This document shows positions 62,991-64,000 of a stretch of DNA of 64,000 nt, piece after piece (the first letter of the stretch is position 1; each line of letters opens with the position of its first letter). The DNA comes from Centroscyllium fabricii (Eukaryota): contig JBNRSN020000010.1 of NCBI GenBank assembly GCA_051313645.2, positions 10,044,001 through 10,108,000 on the forward strand, given 5' to 3'. Both the position numbers and the translations under genes were made by a program. Under the pieces are notes generated by a model, which worked only from the letters and a program-made list of their open reading frames with translations, made no database searches and was not told where the DNA came from.

Positions 62991-64000
62991 CCTCCAGTCC
63001 CAATGCTACCGCTAAGCTTACACTAGATCGGACCGTTGCCCTCCTGTCCCAGTGTTACCCCTATGCTTACACTACAGGTGTCCGCGCACCTCTTGTCCCA
63101 TGAGGAGCCAAACACGGACAGTAGATCTGACCGTTTCATTCCTGTCCAAGTGCTACCCACAAATGTACATTAGCTGTGATTGAGACGTTCCAGCCCATTG
63201 TTCCCCCTACATTGACATTCGATGTCACCGTGCCCCTCCTCTCCCAGTGCCACAACAACCTTTACACGAGATGTGAACGAGGCCCTCCAGTCGCAGTGCT
63301 ACCCATACACGGTCACCATATGTGAGAGTGCCCCTCGTGTCCCAGTATTACCCCTACCATTCTATTATATGCTACCGTGCTCCTCCTATCTCATTGTTAA
63401 CCCTACATTTACACAAAATGTGACAGAGGCCCTCCAGTCTCAGTGTTACAACTGCTCGTACAAAGGATTGGACCGTGTCCCACCTGCCCAGTGCTACAAC
63501 TACACTGACACTAGTTGTGATCTTCCCCCTCCTATCCCTATGCCACAAGTATATTTACACTAGATGTAACCGAGGCCCTCCAGTCCCATTGCTACACGTA
63601 CACTGATACGGAATGTGACAGTGCCCCTCCTTTCCCAGTGTAAACCTTACAATAACACTTATTGTGACCCTGCCCCTCCTGTCTTAGTGTGATCCCTGGA
63701 CTGACATCACATGTGACTCTCCCATTTCTGTATCATTGTTACCCCTACAATGAACTAGGAGTGACTGTGTCCCGCCTGTCGCAGTGTACTCCTACAATTA
63801 AACTAGATGTGGCCGTGCACCTCCTGTCGCAGTGCTGCCCTAACCCTACACATACATTAGATGTGACCGTGCGAAACCTGACCCAGTGCTACCGGTACAC
63901 GAACAATAGATGTGATCGATGCACTCTGGTCCCAGTGATAACCTTTCGCTGACGCAGGACTTGCCATGTCACTCCTGTCCCAGTGTTATGCCTATACTGA

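Larger units (their letters stand above)
58590..64000 (+). repeat. 49-bp satellite array 2, interrupted by a LINE and a Penelope fragment; runs off the window
   Basis: Same consensus and orientation as array 1. Confidence 0.92.

Overview
Eukaryotic DNA, most likely from a cartilaginous fish (inferred from an HE1/V-SINE, shark-type CR1 and Penelope elements, and GPR139-like receptors). The only host genes I can support are two paralogous, intact two-exon GPR139/142-like class A GPCRs on the minus strand (3755-5114 and 55655-58151, about 83% identical by manual count). Each sits in an old duplicated block, with a diverged 49-bp satellite array starting about 0.5-0.7 kb upstream. The first array contains Rex1 and CR1 LINEs and a recent ~11-kb tandem duplication. 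The rest is mobile DNA: a Sushi/Tf1-type Gypsy 5' end, a three-LTR tandem miniature LTR element, Harbinger-like MITEs, and Penelope, L2, CR1 and RTE fragments. Three results stand out. (1) The non-autonomous tandem LTR element (38925-42234) has a tRNA-independent self-priming signature, and the Gypsy element shows the same geometry with a different sequence. (2) A decayed mosaic of foamy-virus-like env and integrase at about 44.9-48.8 kb is invisible in the ORF track. (3) The GPCR, its promoter and the 49-bp satellite appear to form a repeated module. All translations, alignments and identities were done by eye and need computational confirmation.
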